DNA from: Actinomycetes bacterium
GTDB lineage: Bacteria; Actinomycetota; Acidimicrobiia; Acidimicrobiales; VFJN01
Direction: 5' to 3'
Assembly: GCA_031422255.1 (NCBI GenBank)
Contig: JANOQG010000442.1
Span: forward strand, 1-41,348
Length of the DNA stretch: 41,348 nucleotides
In this document: in pieces, positions 37,891 to 41,348 of the stretch
Position numbering within the stretch: position 1 is the stretch's first letter
Layout of the letters: every line of letters starts with the position of its first letter
Position numbers and translations under genes: made by a program
The notes under the pieces: generated by a model
Databases searched by the model: none
What the model was told of the DNA's origin: nothing
What the model saw: only the letters and a program-made list of their open reading frames with translations

Positions 37891-38193
37891 TTACTCGCGA
37901 TGGGCCTTGGCTTCGGCCCGCGCCTCGCCAAGGGTGACGACCACCCACACGTCAGCCCCGTCGGCCCTCCATGCCACGACATCGGCCCCATTTGCGGCGG
38001 CTACCTCCCGTGCTGCGGCCTCGCCCTCGGCGGCCCCGGCCAGTGCGGCCGCGTCGGCCGCCGTTTGCGCAGCGGCGCGGTCCTGGGCCGCATGGATGAG
38101 GGGCACGAGGGCCAGTGCGACAACCACCGCCACGACCAGCACCGCCAGCACCAACGGCACTGCTTGCCCGGACTCTCCTCTCGTGCGCCTCAT
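37891..38193 (-). CDS. TadE / Rv3654c-family pseudopilin-like small protein
   Basis: The ATG at 38193 has a GGAGAGG Shine-Dalgarno 6 nt upstream. The product is MRRTRGESGQAVPLVLAVLVVAVVVALALVPLIHAAQDRAAAQTAADAAALAGA...ANGADVVAWRADGADVWVVVTL. It shows the G-x-S/A-G processing-like N-terminus, a TM helix, the AQxAADxAALAGA block and the C-terminal NGA...DG.DV.V.V block of the 'helicase/secretion neighbourhood TadE-like' family. Confidence 0.6.
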   Translation of the reverse strand: MRRTRGESGQAVPLVLAVLVVAVVVALALVPLIHAAQDRAAAQTAADAAALAGAAEGEAAAREVAAANGADVVAWRADGADVWVVVTLGEARAEAKAHRE

Positions 38194-38266
38194 CCAACAC
38201 CTCTCCACTCGCGAGCAAGCGCGCCGCATCAGCGCTGTTCGAGGGGAAGACGGAGGGAAGGTGGGG

Positions 38267-40732
38267 TCAGGCGGTGTCGTCGTCGCCGGTCAGCACGGGG
38301 GCCACCGACGCGACGGTCTCGCCGTCGCCGAGGTTCATGACTCGCACGCCGGTGGCGTCGCGGCCCTGGGATGAAATCTCCCGAACCGGCATGCGAATGA
38401 GGGTGCCAACGGAGTTGACCACGAAGATCTCGTCGTCGAGGCCCACCATGAAGGCGGCCACGACGTGGCCCTTCTTGGCGGTGAGCTTGATGCCCCGTAC
38501 GCCCTGGCCACCGCGGCCCTGCCGGTTGAAGTGCTCCAGCTGGGTGCGCTTGCCGTAGCCGGCATCGGTGACGATGAGCATCGCAACGTCGTCGCGGCAG
38601 GTATCGAGGCTCACCACCTCGTCGCCGGTGCGCATCTTCATGCCGCGCACGCCGGCGGCGGCGCGTCCCATCGGGCGTACGTCTGCCTCGGTGAATCGGA
38701 TGGCCTGGCCCAGCTTGCTGAGCATCAGGATGTCGTCGGTGCCACTGGTGGGGATGACCTTCACGAGCTCATCGCCGTCGCGCAGGTTGATCGCGATGAT
38801 CCCGGTACGCAAAGAGGAGTCGTAATCGTTGAACTTGGTCTTCTTCACCTGACCCTGCTTGGTGGTGAAGAACAGGAACCGACTGGTCTCGTAGTCACGC
38901 GTATCGATGATCGTCTGAATGTGCTCACTCGGCTGGAGCTGCAGCAGGTTCGGCATCGCGGTGCCGCGAGCGGTGCGCTCCTTCTTGGGGATCTCATGTG
39001 CCTTGAGGCGATAGACGCGGCCCAGGTTGGAGAAGAAGAGCAGGTAGGCGTGGGCTGTAGTGGTGAGGATCTGGGTGACGTAGTCCTCGTCGCGCAGCTT
39101 GGCGCCGGCGACCCCGCGGCCGCCTCGACCCTGCGAACGGAACGAGTCAGCCAGAACCGTCTTGATGTAGCCCTTGGCGGAGAGGGTGACGACGAGCTCC
39201 TCATCGTCGATCAGGTCCTCGATGTTCATGTCGCCGGGGTCGAAGGTGATCTTCGAGCGGCGGGCGTCGGCGAACTTGCCGCGCACCTCGGCCAGCTCGT
39301 CCTTCATGACCGTTCGCAGCACGGCTTCGTCGCCGAGGATCGCCTCGAGGCCAGCGATCGTTTCACGCAGGGCTGCCATCTCGGTCTCGAGGTCGACTCG
39401 GGCCAGGCGGGTGAGCTGTCCAAGCTTCATCTCGAGGATGTGCTCAGCCTGCACGTCGGAGAACTCGTACGGCGCGGAGGTGAGCCCGACCCGCGCCGCG
39501 GCGCGATCGTCGGAACCGCGGATGAGGGCGATGATGGCGTCGATGACATCGACGGCCTTGAGCAGGCCCTCCACGATGTGCGCCCGGTCGCCCGCCTTCT
39601 TCAGGCGGAACTCGGACCGGCGGCGAATCACCACTGCCTGATGTTCGACGTAGGCCTGCAGAGCCTGCACGAGGTTCAGCGTGCGAGGGATGCCTCCGAC
39701 CAACGCCACCGTGTTCACCGCGAAGTTCGTCTGAAGTGGGGTGTGCTTGTAGAGGTTGTTGAGGATGACGAGCCCTGGCGCGTCCTTCTTCAGCTTGATG
39801 ACAAGCCGCGTCTTGCCGCGGGCCGACTCATCGTTGACATCGCTGATGCCCTCGATGGAGCGAGTCTGCACGAGCTCGGCAATCCGGGCCGCCGTCACGG
39901 AGATCGACGTTTGGTAGGGCATCTCGGTGACCACGATCTGGTCGCCACTTCGGCCGCTTCCCTCTTCGATCTCGCAGACCGCCCGCAGCCGGATCGAACC
40001 CTTGCCGGTGCGGTATGCATCGAGGATCCCCTGACGGCCCATGATCAACGCGCCTGTGGGGAAGTCGGGGCCCTGTACGAACTGCATGAGGTCATCGGGC
40101 GTGGCTTCAGGGTTGTCGATGAGGTGGACGGTGGCATCGATCACCTCGCCCAGGTTGTGCGGCGGGATGTTGGTTGCCATACCGACAGCGATGCCCTGGC
40201 TGCCGTTCACGAGGAGGTTCGGGAACCGAGCGGGGAGCACCTCAGGCTCGGTCTCGTCGCCCGAGTAGTTGTCCGTCTTGTCGACGGTGTTCTCGTCGAT
40301 GCCGTCGAGCATCCGCATCGCGATCGGATCGAGCCGGCATTCGGTGTAGCGCGACGCGGCCGCCCCGAAGTCGGGCGAGCCGAAGTTTCCGTGCCCATCC
40401 ACCAGGGGGTGCCGAAGCGAGAAGTCCTGAGCCATGCGGACGAGCGCGTCGTAGATCGAACCCTCACCGTGCGGGTGGTACTTGCCCATCACGTCGCCGG
40501 TGACGCGAGCGCACTTCATGTGCGACCGATCGGGCCGCGCTCCCAGCTCGTACATGCCGTACAAGATCCGGCGGTGCACCGGCTTGAGTCCGTCGCGCGC
40601 GTCGGGCAACGCGCGCGTCGTGATGACCGACATCGCGTAGTCGAGGAAGGAGGATTCCATCTCCTCCTGGATCTCGATCGGTTCGATGGCCTCGCGCACG
40701 GGACCGTCGGGAGGGGGGGTTTGATCAGACAT
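38267..40732 (-). CDS. gyrA: DNA gyrase subunit A
   Basis: 821 aa. The N-terminus is [35 protein letters not shown], the QRDR-type region is [20 protein letters not shown], the active-site Tyr region is [10 protein letters not shown], and C-terminal beta-pinwheel repeats are present. Confidence 0.98.
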   Translation of the reverse strand: MSDQTPPPDGPVREAIEPIEIQEEMESSFLDYAMSVITTRALPDARDGLKPVHRRILYGMYELGARPDRSHMKCARVTGDVMGKYHPHGEGSIYDALVRMAQDFSLRHPLVDGHGNFGSPDFGAAASRYTECRLDPIAMRMLDGIDENTVDKTDNYSGDETEPEVLPARFPNLLVNGSQGIAVGMATNIPPHNLGEVIDATVHLIDNPEATPDDLMQFVQGPDFPTGALIMGRQGILDAYRTGKGSIRLRAVCEIEEGSGRSGDQIVVTEMPYQTSISVTAARIAELVQTRSIEGISDVNDESARGKTRLVIKLKKDAPGLVILNNLYKHTPLQTNFAVNTVALVGGIPRTLNLVQALQAYVEHQAVVIRRRSEFRLKKAGDRAHIVEGLLKAVDVIDAIIALIRGSDDRAAARVGLTSAPYEFSDVQAEHILEMKLGQLTRLARVDLETEMAALRETIAGLEAILGDEAVLRTVMKDELAEVRGKFADARRSKITFDPGDMNIEDLIDDEELVVTLSAKGYIKTVLADSFRSQGRGGRGVAGAKLRDEDYVTQILTTTAHAYLLFFSNLGRVYRLKAHEIPKKERTARGTAMPNLLQLQPSEHIQTIIDTRDYETSRFLFFTTKQGQVKKTKFNDYDSSLRTGIIAINLRDGDELVKVIPTSGTDDILMLSKLGQAIRFTEADVRPMGRAAAGVRGMKMRTGDEVVSLDTCRDDVAMLIVTDAGYGKRTQLEHFNRQGRGGQGVRGIKLTAKKGHVVAAFMVGLDDEIFVVNSVGTLIRMPVREISSQGRDATGVRVMNLGDGETVASVAPVLTGDDDTA

Positions 40733-41348
40733 CAGATGTCCAGGAACCTCGCGTCCTTGGCGTTGTTGACGATGAAGGCCTTGCGCACCTCGACGACGTC
40801 TCCCATCAGGGTTGAGACCGTGTCGTCCGCAAGGGCAGCTTGCTCAGCAGTGACGCGGAGCAACGTGCGGAGTCCGTCCTCCATGGTGGTGACGCGCAGC
40901 TCCTCGGCGTCCATCTCACCGAGACCCTTGAGGCGCCCGAAGTCCTTCTTGTGGTTCGGGTTGTCCCGCAGGAAGACGTCCTTGGCGTGGTCGTCCTTCA
41001 GGTAGACCTTCGCCTTGCTCACCTCGGTGGAGTACAGCGGCGGCTGGCAGATGAACACGTGACCCTGCTCCACCAGCGGCTTCATCTGCCGGTAGAAGAA
41101 CGTCAGCAGCAGCGTGCGGATGTGGAGGCCGTCGACGTCGGCGTCCGCCAGGATGCAGATCTTGTCGTAGCGCCGCTTCTCGACGTCGAACTCCTCCCCC
41201 ACCCCGGCGCCGATGGCGGAGATGAGGGCCTGCACCTCGAGGTTCTTGAGCATCTTGTCGAGCCGGGCGCGCTCGACGTTCAGGATCTTGCCGCGGATGG
41301 GCAGGATCGCCTGGCGCAGCGGGTCGCGGGCGTTGACGGCCGAGCCGC
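40732..41348 (-). CDS. gyrB: DNA gyrase subunit B, C-terminal part; the gene continues past the right window edge
   Basis: The Toprim/tail region is [41 protein letters not shown]...[17 protein letters not shown]...[10 protein letters not shown]. The stop overlaps the gyrA ATG by 1 nt (TGATG). The frame appears open to the window edge. Confidence 0.95.
   Translation of the reverse strand, partial: GSAVNARDPLRQAILPIRGKILNVERARLDKMLKNLEVQALISAIGAGVGEEFDVEKRRYDKICILADADVDGLHIRTLLLTFFYRQMKPLVEQGHVFICQPPLYSTEVSKAKVYLKDDHAKDVFLRDNPNHKKDFGRLKGLGEMDAEELRVTTMEDGLRTLLRVTAEQAALADDTVSTLMGDVVEVRKAFIVNNAKDARFLDI

Noticed and set aside
38465-41005. 846-aa plus-strand ORF.
   Set aside because: It is antisense to gyrA/gyrB, whose identity is unambiguous. 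The product is a repetitive V/D/L/G/R-rich sequence without motifs.

Overview
This is a very GC-rich, densely coding chromosomal segment with about 40 protein genes, one tRNA and very short intergenic spacers. Gene content points to Actinomycetota: a mycothiol-type DinB/MDMPI enzyme, tandem WS/DGAT acyltransferases, and the origin-proximal block gyrB-gyrA-DUF3566-tRNA-Ile. I cannot place it more precisely from sequence alone. From left to right the window holds:
- miscellaneous enzymes (PEP-mutase/isocitrate-lyase family, epoxide-hydrolase-like, an SDR remnant, an M15 peptidase, a PQQ-like propeller, a PaaI thioesterase, a P450, a Tap-like peptidase) and prfC;
- a heavily fused Liv/HAAT-type ABC importer locus;
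- a Nudix hydrolase and a beta-lactamase-fold hydrolase;
- a divergent metal-uptake ABC locus with a Fur-family regulator;
- gabD;
- a run of lipid-phosphate and membrane hydrolase genes (GDPD, PAP2, DUF457, IMPase);
- an ECF sigma factor, corA and DUF1003;
- a second P450 operon and two tandem WS/DGAT genes;
- tRNA-Ile, DUF3566, an orphan TadE-like gene, gyrA, and the 3' end of gyrB.

I saw no transposase, integrase, phage genes, CRISPR array or recognisable defence system. This looks like core genome rather than an accessory island. The most unusual item is a single roughly 1000-aa polypeptide joining a 12-TM MFS domain to LivF-like and LivG-like ATPase domains, inside an ABC locus where both permease halves are also fused. 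Secondary items are:
- a palindromic Fur/Zur-type box that supplies ATGs on both strands, next to an ATPase gene with no canonical in-frame start;
- an orphan TadE/Rv3654c-like pseudopilin between gyrA and DUF3566;
- an in-frame internally deleted SDR;
- several small translationally coupled membrane ORFs;
- a triple half-site inverted-repeat element upstream of the ABC locus.

All family calls come from reading motifs in the supplied translations. No database search was run.
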